From a virus: a DNA stretch of 64,000 nucleotides. The notes beneath the pieces are model-generated. The model made no database searches and was not told where the DNA came from. It saw nothing but the letters and a program-made list of their open reading frames with translations. This document shows, one piece after another, positions 41,774 to 51,190 of this stretch (the stretch's first letter is position 1; every line of letters starts with the position of its first letter). Position numbers and translations under genes: made by a program. The stretch lies in IMG/VR virus record IMGVR_UViG_3300006871_000008, positions 1-64,000 of that record; one strand, 5' to 3'.

Positions 41774-44446
41774 ATGAATGTCACCGAAGTTATCCGTAAC
41801 TTCCTGAACAACCACACCCATCCAGATTTAGCAGCACTTTACGACCCCGGCATGGAAGTTCAAGTTATGGCCTCGCCCGAAGGCGGCGAGCAAGTTGAAG
41901 GCAAGAAAGCCTGGACCGATGGGGTCAACACTTGGTTCAATTTCCGAATCCCGAAAAACGCTAAGACCATTCCCGAATTCAAGGAATGGCAGCTACAGTG
42001 GCCGCTCGCAGTCCACGCCCTCGCTATTGGCATGACGGGCTGGAACTTCGCCGAACGCAAGTCGATGCACGTTGCCTACGACTTCGACGCCATTTGCGGC
42101 TCGTCCCATCTTGGGACTGGCATCACACAAGAGGAACTTGATCGAGTACGAGAGGCTGCCCAAGCAATTCCTTGGGTGGAAACTCGCAAATCGACTGGCG
42201 GTGGGGGACTCCATTTACGGGTGCATTTGGGCAAGGGCATCCCCACCGCCAATCATACAGAACATGCCGCACTAGGACGTGCTGTGCTTGGCATGATGAG
42301 CGCTGAGGCGGGATTCGACTTCTCCGCTGGCGTGGATATTTGCGGCGGCAACATGTGGGTGTGGCATCGCAAGATGAACGCCACGAATCAAGGACTCAAG
42401 CTGCTGACGCCCCGCAAGCACGACCTGCTTGAAGTGCCGGAAAACTGGCGGGACCATATCGAAGTCGTGAGCCGGAAGCGGCGTAAGGTCCGCGTGCCCG
42501 GTCTGCCGGAGTCGGCGCAGGACAAGCTGATGGCTTTGTCCGAGTCCACGAAGTCGGCCCCACTTGACGACGGGCATCATCGCCTCATGGATTGGCTTGC
42601 TGAGAACGGCCATACGTGCGTGTGGGAAGCTGACCACGGCTTGCTGAGAACGCATACGGCGTCGTTGGCAGAAGCACACACGGCTCTTAATCTGCTTGGC
42701 ACGTTCAACACGCTGGCGACTGGACGCGAGCAGGGCGACCACAACTGCTACTGCTACCCCAAGCCCGAAGGTGCGTGGCGAGTCGTCCGGTATAGCGAAG
42801 GCGCACGCGAGTCCGATACGTGGATTCAGGAAGGTGGCTGGACCTACTGCTACTACAATCAGCCTAACGATTTCCGCACGACCGCCATCGCTAAGGGCGG
42901 TATCCGCGACGAAGATGGTGGCTTCGTGTTTCCCTCAATGACGGTTGCCGGTGAAGTAGCTAAGTTGCTTGGGGCGAAGCTGGACATGAACGGGGCGCTG
43001 GCAACTCGCCAGACTAAGCTACGTGTCAGCAAGGATGGTGTTGGCATAGTCGTCGAAGTCAAGTCGGAGAAGGGCGATACTGAGACTGACAAGGCGGGCT
43101 TCATTGAGAAGGGTCGGACGCTCCGCAAAGTGCTGCGTGCAGACCTACCACAAATCCCGTCCGAGACAACCAACTTCGATAGTAAGTACCGCTATTTGAT
43201 TACGCCAAACCGTTCACCGGCTGGTTGGGTGCTGCACAACTCCCAGGAAGGTTGGTGTGGCACGAACAAGGACAACGTAATCTCGGTGCTGATGAACAAT
43301 GGACTATCGGCTTCCGACTCCAAGGCTGCAACCGGGCAGATTATCGAGGATGGCTGGACCATTACGAATATGCCATTTGGGCCAGAGTATCCAGGCGGTC
43401 GTCGCTGGAACAAGGACGCCGCCACCTTTCGATTCAAGCCTGCCGATGAAGATGAATTGCCGCATCCGCATTGGGACAAGATTCTCGCCCACTGTGGTCG
43501 TGGCTTGAATGAGGCTGTGCGGAAAGACGCATGGTGCAGGCAATACTCCATTACGACCGGCTCTCAATATTTGCTGTATTGGGTTGCGTCGATGATGCAG
43601 CATCCTACTGAGCCGCTGCCATATTTGTTCTTCTATTCAGAGCCATATCAAAACTGCGGCAAGTCCAGCTTCCACGAAGCAATCAACTTGCTAATGACAA
43701 AGGGCGTAATTCGTGCCGATCAAGCCTTGCAGTCGCAAGGGAACTTCAACGGGGAATTGCTCGGAGCAATCCTATGCGTCGTCGAGGAAACCGATCTATC
43801 GAAGGCTGGCGGGCGTGTGTACGAGAAGATGAAGGATTGGGTTACGGGCCGCGAATTGAATCTGCATACGAAGGGCGTTACGCCTTACATGATTCAAAAC
43901 ACGACGCATTGGATTCAATGCTCGAATATGCAACGGGCCTGCCCGGTGTTCGATGGTGACACGCGCGTTACTATGGTTCAATTCTACCCCTTTGCAAAAG
44001 ATCAGGAAATACCTTGGCCGGAGTTGAAGGTCAAGTTAGAGGAAGAAGCGCCGGCATTTCTGCGAACGCTCCTTGACACGCATATCCCGCAGTCCAACGG
44101 TCGCTTGCGGATTCCCGCCATCGAGACTGAGGATAAGCAACGGGCAGTCGAGTTGACCCGCGACGAGTTGCAAACTTTCATCGCGGAGCATTGCTTCTAC
44201 GTCCCTGGATACAAGACTGAGTTTAGCGTGTTCTACGAATCCTTCATGGAAACTCTCGGCATCGCTGAGCGTGTGAAATGGACGAAGAACAAAGTCTCGT
44301 CGGCTATGCCGCCGAAGTTCCCTCGCGGGACCGGAACGGCGAATAAACTGTTCGTCGGCAATCTTAGCTTGACCGAAGTTGAGCCGGAACCCGGCGCTTC
44401 ACCGCTTATGCGGAATGAAAAGAAACACCTTGTCCCAATCGTTTAG
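41774..44446 (+). CDS. primase-polymerase (AEP) fused to SF3/DUF5906-type helicase
   Basis: DFD, STGGGGLH; NCGKS Walker A, VVEE, K...T, SN, DTR. Confidence 0.88.
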   Translation: MNVTEVIRNFLNNHTHPDLAALYDPGMEVQVMASPEGGEQVEGKKAWTDGVNTWFNFRIPKNAKTIPEFKEWQLQWPLAVHALAIGMTGWNFAERKSMHVAYDFDAICGSSHLGTGITQEELDRVREAAQAIPWVETRKSTGGGGLHLRVHLGKGIPTANHTEHAALGRAVLGMMSAEAGFDFSAGVDICGGNMWVWHRKMNATNQGLKLLTPRKHDLLEVPENWRDHIEVVSRKRRKVRVPGLPESAQDKLMALSESTKSAPLDDGHHRLMDWLAENGHTCVWEADHGLLRTHTASLAEAHTALNLLGTFNTLATGREQGDHNCYCYPKPEGAWRVVRYSEGARESDTWIQEGGWTYCYYNQPNDFRTTAIAKGGIRDEDGGFVFPSMTVAGEVAKLLGAKLDMNGALATRQTKLRVSKDGVGIVVEVKSEKGDTETDKAGFIEKGRTLRKVLRADLPQIPSETTNFDSKYRYLITPNRSPAGWVLHNSQEGWCGTNKDNVISVLMNNGLSASDSKAATGQIIEDGWTITNMPFGPEYPGGRRWNKDAATFRFKPADEDELPHPHWDKILAHCGRGLNEAVRKDAWCRQYSITTGSQYLLYWVASMMQHPTEPLPYLFFYSEPYQNCGKSSFHEAINLLMTKGVIRADQALQSQGNFNGELLGAILCVVEETDLSKAGGRVYEKMKDWVTGRELNLHTKGVTPYMIQNTTHWIQCSNMQRACPVFDGDTRVTMVQFYPFAKDQEIPWPELKVKLEEEAPAFLRTLLDTHIPQSNGRLRIPAIETEDKQRAVELTRDELQTFIAEHCFYVPGYKTEFSVFYESFMETLGIAERVKWTKNKVSSAMPPKFPRGTGTANKLFVGNLSLTEVEPEPGASPLMRNEKKHLVPIV

Positions 44447-44449
44447 GAC

Positions 44450-44477
44450 TTGACACCCAACCCTTTCGTGCTATAAT
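44450..44477 (+). promoter_or_regulatory. consensus promoter
   Basis: TTGACA-N16-TATAAT with TG. Confidence 0.85.
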
Positions 44478-44486
44478 GGAGGCAGT

Positions 44487-45077
44487 ATGAGTCTGATCGT
44501 AGCTTTTGGACACCGGAAACGGACTGGCAAAGACACGGCGGCACAAATGCTAACGCAGCATTTGACCCGCCTTGCTCCCGAATTGAAAGTGGAGCAAGTC
44601 AGTTTTGCCACGAAGTTGAAGGAAGTGTCCTACGAGTTGTTCAAGTGGGGCGGCTTGCAGCCGGGGGCCTTCTACGAGATTGAGGCCAACGCCCACCTGC
44701 GCGAAGTCGTGCTGCCGTTGATTGGTAAGACGCCTCGCCAGATTTGGATTGAAGTGGGCAACTTCATGCGGCAGGTTCACCCCGAAGTGTGGATTAAGAA
44801 CGCCCTATTTGTTGACGCCGACGTTATCATTGTCCGCGACATGCGGTACTTCAATGAGGCGGGCGAAGTTGAGGGTCGAGGCGGTCTGCGGTACAAGATG
44901 ATTCGTAACTCAGCACCGATCAGCAATGACGTTGCCGACTGCAATCTCGACACCTACGACCGTTGGACTGAATTGGTTTACAACAACGGCAGTCTGGACG
45001 ATCTTGATTCCAAGGTCGAATCCCTTGCCAACCGTGTCATTGAGTTGAGCTATGCCAGCACTACGCGAGCCGGATAA
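44487..45077 (+). CDS. deoxynucleoside monophosphate kinase
   Basis: GHRKRTGKDTAA, FA..LK, TPRQ..VG..R, DMRYFNE. Confidence 0.9.
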   Translation: MSLIVAFGHRKRTGKDTAAQMLTQHLTRLAPELKVEQVSFATKLKEVSYELFKWGGLQPGAFYEIEANAHLREVVLPLIGKTPRQIWIEVGNFMRQVHPEVWIKNALFVDADVIIVRDMRYFNEAGEVEGRGGLRYKMIRNSAPISNDVADCNLDTYDRWTELVYNNGSLDDLDSKVESLANRVIELSYASTTRAG

Positions 45078-45768
45078 CGACCGTCAATTCTTCGCCCTTG
45101 CATCGAGTGATGCAGGGGCGTGGCTTGAGCGTGCAGTAGTTCCTACGCAGTCGGAAGCCTGCGAGCAGGAACTTACGCGCATGACCGGGGAAGCACCGCA
45201 AACCTTTGCTCAGATAGCCTCGCGCTATAGTCGTCGCTTTGAGACAAGAATCGCGGAACAAATATACCGGGAGCATGAAGCTGCTCGTTGGTGGCTGCCG
45301 GATATGGGCCGCAATTGGGGCTACACAGAAACGCTCACAATGGATGGAGACTTCGGAAGGATAATCATTCCGAGCCGCCGTCGTAATTTGATCGTGCCCC
45401 ACGCATCGTATGAAACTCGAATGACTGTGAACAGCGACGGACGTAATACGTTCGAGGCCAGATACCCGGACGGGGCCGAACTTAACCTTCGGATTTGGCC
45501 GGATACAATCTATGGCCTTTACGTCGGCGGGGTTCGCAATTCTCATTACGTTTCACAGCCAGACTACCGCTTCATTCTCGGCGAATTACAAGCCGGGCGT
45601 GGCGAGCGTATTATGATGCGTGAGCCAGTGGACTTCCGACGAATGATGACTCGCGGGGAGTTGACGGAGTATGAGCCGCCGCGAACAACCGCCTACGAAC
45701 CAACAGCCTACGAACTTCCTTCGGCAGCCCGACAGGATTCACACTTCCTAATCTTGAGGCAAATATGA
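45052..45768 (+). CDS. hypothetical protein
   Basis: ORF packed in plus-strand operon. Confidence 0.7.
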   Translation: MPALREPDNDRQFFALASSDAGAWLERAVVPTQSEACEQELTRMTGEAPQTFAQIASRYSRRFETRIAEQIYREHEAARWWLPDMGRNWGYTETLTMDGDFGRIIIPSRRRNLIVPHASYETRMTVNSDGRNTFEARYPDGAELNLRIWPDTIYGLYVGGVRNSHYVSQPDYRFILGELQAGRGERIMMREPVDFRRMMTRGELTEYEPPRTTAYEPTAYELPSAARQDSHFLILRQI

Positions 45769-46250
45769 TGCAGTACGTGTTGGTCTTTCCGCATTGTCCA
45801 GTTTTCAATGGGCCGGACGTGCATGACGTGATGCTGATTCGCAAGGCCAAACCGGAATGGCAGAAGGGCCGCTTGAATCTAGTCGGCGGGAAGGTCGAGC
45901 CGGGTGAGTCTTTCGATCAAGCCGCCGTGCGGGAGTTTATCGAGGAAACCGGCCTCGACTGCTACAACTTTCAGCGGGCCGGGACTATTCGCTCCGACCG
46001 CAGCGGCTTCGTCCTTGGAGTTTATACCTGCGACACGGTATGGGCGGAAATAAAGTCCGAGCCACTTGAGAAGGTGGACTGGTTTGTTTGGGAGGAAGTG
46101 CGAACCGACCGGGCGCTAATGGATAATTTGCGCGTAGTCATACCCCTGCTCCTCGCAGGCATGACTGGTTGGGAGTTAATTCACGGACGAGACGACGCCG
46201 GCCACGAAATCTGCAAGATTGAATGGGAGCCTGCGCATGTTGCCGTATGA
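45765..46250 (+). CDS. Nudix hydrolase
   Basis: GGKVEPGESFDQAAVREFIEETGL Nudix box. Confidence 0.93.
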   Translation: MMQYVLVFPHCPVFNGPDVHDVMLIRKAKPEWQKGRLNLVGGKVEPGESFDQAAVREFIEETGLDCYNFQRAGTIRSDRSGFVLGVYTCDTVWAEIKSEPLEKVDWFVWEEVRTDRALMDNLRVVIPLLLAGMTGWELIHGRDDAGHEICKIEWEPAHVAV

Positions 46251-46905
46251 ACAACAGCCAGCCAACATGAACGGCAACGTACTCGTTGCTATTGATGTTG
46301 AGACAACAGGGCGGCTCGCCGGGTTCCATGAGATTGTGCAGATTGGAATTCAGCCACTAGACAGTGATTATCGGCCACTCGCCGGAGCGAGGCCGTTCTA
46401 CCATAGCATCCGGCCAGAACACCCGGAGCGGGCTGAGTCAGAAGCAATGAAAGTGAGCGGTCTTAGCCTAGATGATCTTCGACTTGCGCCAGACCAATTC
46501 CAAGTTTCGGATTGGCTGGCGAATTGGGTCAGCGACCTTCGGCTTCCGTTCCAAAGGTCGCTTGTGCCACTCGCCCACAATTGGGCTTACGAGAAAGGGT
46601 TTCTTACCGACTGGTTGGGGTTAGAGGATTTCGGTAAGTATTTCTTCTCGCACCCGCGCGACACACTGACTTCTGCTCTTTTCATTAACGACATTGCCGT
46701 GGCTCACGGTATGCGAGTCCCATTCCGGCTTGTCAATCTTCCGTTCCTGTGTGAGTTGTACGGAATCCCACACAAGCACGCTCACGATGCCTTGGCCGAT
46801 TCAATCTCAACCGCCGAGCTATACCGACGTTTGATTCTGAGTTTCGCCGATGGTACTGTGTTTACTCTTGCCGAAGCGGGCAACTCTGGCAATCCTCAAT
46901 CTTGA
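46237..46905 (+). CDS. DnaQ-like DEDDh exonuclease
   Basis: IDVETTG, AHN..YE, HDALADS. Confidence 0.9.
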   Translation: MLPYEQQPANMNGNVLVAIDVETTGRLAGFHEIVQIGIQPLDSDYRPLAGARPFYHSIRPEHPERAESEAMKVSGLSLDDLRLAPDQFQVSDWLANWVSDLRLPFQRSLVPLAHNWAYEKGFLTDWLGLEDFGKYFFSHPRDTLTSALFINDIAVAHGMRVPFRLVNLPFLCELYGIPHKHAHDALADSISTAELYRRLILSFADGTVFTLAEAGNSGNPQS

Positions 46906-47221
46906 GGATTTGTCCAAGCAGCGGGCAGTCGGCACAACCGCAAGTCATCTTGATATTGTAGGAACCACACCGCTTCAATTGGAGCGTGCGATTCAGGAAC
47001 TTGCAAGCAGGCCACAATGGGATGAACCGCCACGCATTGCCAGGGTCACGGTTGTAGCCTTCGATTGGAGGCGGTGGCTCAAAGCCTTTCTTCGGGTAGA
47101 TGATCGACCCGTCTGGCATGAGTCGCCCCTTGGCGAAGCTGGTCTGTCGAGGGGCATGGGTCACGGCTCGTCGCCTCCGTTTAAGTTCGTCGCACGGCAC
47201 GCATTCAACTTCGTTCGGCAT
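46862..47221 (-). CDS. Cys-rich hypothetical protein
   Basis: GGAG SD; several Cys pairs. Confidence 0.6.
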   Translation of the reverse strand: MPNEVECVPCDELKRRRRAVTHAPRQTSFAKGRLMPDGSIIYPKKGFEPPPPIEGYNRDPGNAWRFIPLWPACKFLNRTLQLKRCGSYNIKMTCGCADCPLLGQILKIEDCQSCPLRQE

Positions 47222-47222
47222 G

Positions 47223-47789
47223 TCATGCTCCGTAGATAGTATCCACCAGCCCAAGTTCCTTTGCTTCCTTGGCCGAGAGGATTAGGTCGGCTGCGCATTT
47301 CTTCCGCCAAAAGCTAATTGGCCTGCCCGACCGCTCAGCGTATATCTCGTACATACGCTTTTGAGTTTTCTTGGAATACTCCGCCCAATTCTGGAAGGTT
47401 GTCGGAATGTCATTGACCCTGGACTCGTAACCATCGTGGACCATGACGGTTGCGTTCGGGTAGATGATGCGCTGATCGGCAGCTTGCAAAATGATGCTGC
47501 CCATTGACATAGCTGAGCCAACCACGTAGATAGTGATTGGACAGGGACAGGCTTTGATAGAGTCATACACGGCCATGCCGTTAAACCAACACCCGCCGAA
47601 GCTATTGAGATATATCGTAATCTCTTTATCTTGAGCGGCGTTCGCCAGCATATGCAGGGCTTTTACAGCAAACTCCGATGTTCGCTGATTCACCCCATCT
47701 TCCTTATCGTCTCCTATGTAAACTGTGCGCGACTCAACATGAATGTCGTAGTCGTAGAACCTATCAATACTCTCACGAACGAGTTTCAT
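47223..47789 (-). CDS. clpP: ClpP-family protease
   Basis: YLNSFGG, G.A.YD, GSAMSMGS (Ser), MVH (His), D..LSA.EA...GLVD. Confidence 0.92.
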   Translation of the reverse strand: MKLVRESIDRFYDYDIHVESRTVYIGDDKEDGVNQRTSEFAVKALHMLANAAQDKEITIYLNSFGGCWFNGMAVYDSIKACPCPITIYVVGSAMSMGSIILQAADQRIIYPNATVMVHDGYESRVNDIPTTFQNWAEYSKKTQKRMYEIYAERSGRPISFWRKKCAADLILSAKEAKELGLVDTIYGA

Positions 47790-47800
47790 TTTATCCTCGA

Positions 47801-50767
47801 TTACGGGACGGGTTCGCTGTGGAAACCTTCGAGTGACCTATCTTCCTCTTTTGGCTCCGTGCAAGGTTGACCGAAGTTATCGCTGTCGGGGTCTTCGTCA
47901 ATTCCAAGATCAGTACACCCACCGAGCAGCCACGTATCCTCTTTGCCAACAACCCATCCATGACCATCGCTGCGTGCGGTGATTTCTTGCTGCTTCGTGT
48001 TCAAGAATGTATCTGCCATCACCTTTGAGTTGAACGTGTACTGTTCAATCTTGGATGGATCGCCGTTCGCCAAGTCGCCAGTATCGCCAGCAGTCGTGCC
48101 AAAGGAATGGTCAGGTTGCTTGATAACTAGCGACGGGATGATGTAGCGGACTGTCACTACGCAGGTGCAATTTCCGCCGACCTTATCCGGCAACTTTTTC
48201 TTTGCTGCATCTTCTGTGGCATCATCATTGCCCGCAGCATCCTTGGCTTCCTCAGCCGTTTGCTGAGCATTGAACGCCGCCTGCTGTGCGTTATCAGCTT
48301 TCCGCTCCACACGCTGAACGTAGGAGTTGGTAATCATCCCGTTAGACACCGGGGAAGTCTTCGTGCTAACCGGGCCAGTCGCGTCCTGCGGGGCCTTTGG
48401 CGTCGGCTTGGTATCGCCCTTATCCGAAGGTTTCTTGTCACCACGGTCATTATGCGGGCACAAGGTAGGCTGGACTAGCGACGTGTTCGAGCAATCAAAC
48501 TCGACATTGAAGCTAGGCGCACCGGGATTGTTGGGTGACAGCGGGTGTCCAGGTGGCGCAATCGTATGGAAGTTGGGAGCCTTATTCCGGCTCTGCCAAG
48601 AGTTCTGTTCTTCCTCAAGAGTCGGGAAGATCGTCTGCTCGTCAATGTCGGCAGGCCACGCAAAGTTGTAAGGTGTTCGCGTGCCAGCTTTGCAAGGTGT
48701 CCACAACTCAAAGTCAACCGTGTGGTCGTTAGAGTTGTAGTTAGCCTTCTCGACGATACACTTCACTGTGCCATCGGCAACATCGGGCAACGTAATGCTC
48801 ATGCAGTCAAAGGACTCAAAATTCAACTTGTTCACAAGAGTCTTGAACTGCGCTCGCCGCCAAGTATTTGACTTGCGGATCATCCAGAAGGTAGCGGTCT
48901 TTTGGACTAGCTCAAAGATATTGAAGCAGTAGAAGTCATAGTCCAAAGGATGCGTGCCGTAGTCTGGGACATTGCGTGCCCGCAAGATCAGCAGGTTATC
49001 TTTGTTGACTGCGTAATCAGACTTCCAGTGTGCAATGAACTTTGTCACCAAATCTTCGGTGGAAGTATGGACGATTTTTAGCGAGTTAGGCATCACGTCC
49101 GATTCGGTCAGCATACCATCAGCATCCGGCTCAAGGGCCAGATACCGAAGAAAGAATTTGTTGTCTTTCAACCACAACGCACAACGAGCCTGGAAGGCAA
49201 TTTCCTCCAAGACGTTGATGAGACTCTTTCGCTCAAGTAGAGCGAAGTGCATTGGATAATTGTCAATCAGGTCACGCACGTCATCGAAGCTAACAGTGTC
49301 GGTGTCATAGTCAGTGTACGTGTCGATGAACCATTCGATAATGTCCACCGTGTTCGGACCAACTGACGACGTGAGGGTGACGTAAATATCATCCTCCCAT
49401 CCACCACCCTCTTTTAGATTCTGTGTGCTGAGAGCCTGATTCAAAACGATTTCGGTGACGCCGGTGTAGCCGGTGTAGTCCGTTTCTCGAACAGTATAGT
49501 ATTCAGGTGGCACGGTATAAAGGGACCGCAAGCCGTCGATTGTACGGAAGGCTGCCACGCGAAGAACGGTCGATGGAAGCAAATTGGCGATGTACACGAT
49601 TTTCTTGTCGGCATTCATCGTCACCCGCGAGCCACCATTCGCCCAAAAGAAACTGGTTGAGTCAGCAGCATTGTATTTAGCCCAACTTAGCTTCGAGCCA
49701 GCAGCATTAACAGTCTGTGGATTTCCAGCGGCATCGACCGAAGCATTCTCTGTCGTAGAGCCTTGGGAGTAGGCGGGTGGTCCGCACTTGCTCTCAATCT
49801 CTTTCTGTGTGTCTGACTTCCTGACACGCCCATGCCCATCATTCTCAGGATGGACTCGCCCGGTGATGGTGAAGATTTCGCCATTCATCTTGCCAGTGAA
49901 TAACCCATTCTTAATGTTGAGCGTGATAGTCGTGTTCTGCGGGAATAAGCTGCCACCAAAGACACGGACGGGACTGTACTCAGCCGCCTTTTGTTCTTTC
50001 AACTCCAACTTCAACCGCTCTAACTCCGTGCATTTCTGCTGAGCGCAACTGGCATCTTCGCAATACTGCGGCGTATAGATTAGACCACCACCGGGGGAAG
50101 TGGCGATGGTTGTTGAGTAGCCGCAAATACTAGATGGGCAGGTTAGTTTCTTGGCAAGGTCAATACGGTGTTCCAGCGTAAAGTCATGGATGCCCGTGCC
50201 ATCTGCCAGGATACCTTGCCGCACTGAATCGACACGTAGGGCCGGGACATTGGCAACCGTGCCAAAGCACAGAGGCCACGGCTTGCCGATTAGAGTTTCG
50301 GGCGGATTCGGAAATGCACCTTCCTCGATTGAGAAGCCAACTTCAATATCCTCAATCTTAGACACAACATCGAATCGCAACGTCCTGTCGCCCTCATCCC
50401 ACTCGATAGGTGAGTTGAGTACGCCCTGAAATATCAGGAACTTATCGTCAAGGCTCATGCCTTGGAACCACTGATACACCCAACACTTTTTCTTGTGCGG
50501 GTCAGTAGAGTCTAGGATTGTCTTGAGTTCGCCGCTAGGGTCATTCAGGCTCACACTAATCTGCTGTGACTGCGAGCCACCCGACACCCCAATAACATCA
50601 TCCAGTCCACTTACATCATGGATGACACCCTTCACACCGGGCGCTTCTTTATCACCATAGGCAATGCGAGGCCCACCCGTCACCCATTGAACCTCAATGA
50701 TGACGACTGGCTCGGTCCCTAAGCGGGTTGCCAATTTGTCGAGGGCACTAGAACTTAGATTGCGCAT
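47801..50767 (-). CDS. large tail tip/baseplate hub protein
   Basis: 988 aa in tail operon; GKPWPLCFG.V..VP motif. Confidence 0.7.
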   Translation of the reverse strand: MRNLSSSALDKLATRLGTEPVVIIEVQWVTGGPRIAYGDKEAPGVKGVIHDVSGLDDVIGVSGGSQSQQISVSLNDPSGELKTILDSTDPHKKKCWVYQWFQGMSLDDKFLIFQGVLNSPIEWDEGDRTLRFDVVSKIEDIEVGFSIEEGAFPNPPETLIGKPWPLCFGTVANVPALRVDSVRQGILADGTGIHDFTLEHRIDLAKKLTCPSSICGYSTTIATSPGGGLIYTPQYCEDASCAQQKCTELERLKLELKEQKAAEYSPVRVFGGSLFPQNTTITLNIKNGLFTGKMNGEIFTITGRVHPENDGHGRVRKSDTQKEIESKCGPPAYSQGSTTENASVDAAGNPQTVNAAGSKLSWAKYNAADSTSFFWANGGSRVTMNADKKIVYIANLLPSTVLRVAAFRTIDGLRSLYTVPPEYYTVRETDYTGYTGVTEIVLNQALSTQNLKEGGGWEDDIYVTLTSSVGPNTVDIIEWFIDTYTDYDTDTVSFDDVRDLIDNYPMHFALLERKSLINVLEEIAFQARCALWLKDNKFFLRYLALEPDADGMLTESDVMPNSLKIVHTSTEDLVTKFIAHWKSDYAVNKDNLLILRARNVPDYGTHPLDYDFYCFNIFELVQKTATFWMIRKSNTWRRAQFKTLVNKLNFESFDCMSITLPDVADGTVKCIVEKANYNSNDHTVDFELWTPCKAGTRTPYNFAWPADIDEQTIFPTLEEEQNSWQSRNKAPNFHTIAPPGHPLSPNNPGAPSFNVEFDCSNTSLVQPTLCPHNDRGDKKPSDKGDTKPTPKAPQDATGPVSTKTSPVSNGMITNSYVQRVERKADNAQQAAFNAQQTAEEAKDAAGNDDATEDAAKKKLPDKVGGNCTCVVTVRYIIPSLVIKQPDHSFGTTAGDTGDLANGDPSKIEQYTFNSKVMADTFLNTKQQEITARSDGHGWVVGKEDTWLLGGCTDLGIDEDPDSDNFGQPCTEPKEEDRSLEGFHSEPVP

Positions 50768-50776
50768 TGGACGCCT

Positions 50777-51190
50777 TTAGCAAGATTCAGGGGCCGGGGC
50801 AGATACCCGGACGCCTTCAAAGGTTAAGGTGATTGACTGGTCGGGGTCATAGCCACCGGGTAAACTGCGCAAACTGCCGGACTTGAATTCAAAGGGGTCG
50901 CCAGTTAGATACCCTTCCCACGTCTCGTTCTTGTGATTAACAAGTCGGATTTTGGCCCGGTAGTAGGAACGAATGAAAGCCCGTAGCTCTAACGCTTTCG
51001 GTCGTGCGAGGGTAAAAGTGTACGTCAACTCAGAGCGGTCATTGGACTTGACGTAGGAATAGAGTGTGCCGTCCATTGCTTGATAGAAGGTGGCCGAGTG
51101 CTTCGGTGTCTCACCATCCCCAAACTCCGGGTTCGGGAGAATGGTCATTGTGGTTGGCGTCGGCAACGGTGCTAATAGAATTACGCTCAT
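50777..51190 (-). CDS. distal-tail-like protein
   Basis: context; resembles C-terminal domain of 51187-52359. Confidence 0.6.
   Translation of the reverse strand: MSVILLAPLPTPTTMTILPNPEFGDGETPKHSATFYQAMDGTLYSYVKSNDRSELTYTFTLARPKALELRAFIRSYYRAKIRLVNHKNETWEGYLTGDPFEFKSGSLRSLPGGYDPDQSITLTFEGVRVSAPAPESC

Noticed and set aside
30973-44446. Inteins or introns in PolA, helicase or primase
   Set aside because: Insertions are short and lack intein terminal motifs or homing-endonuclease signatures; reading frames are uninterrupted
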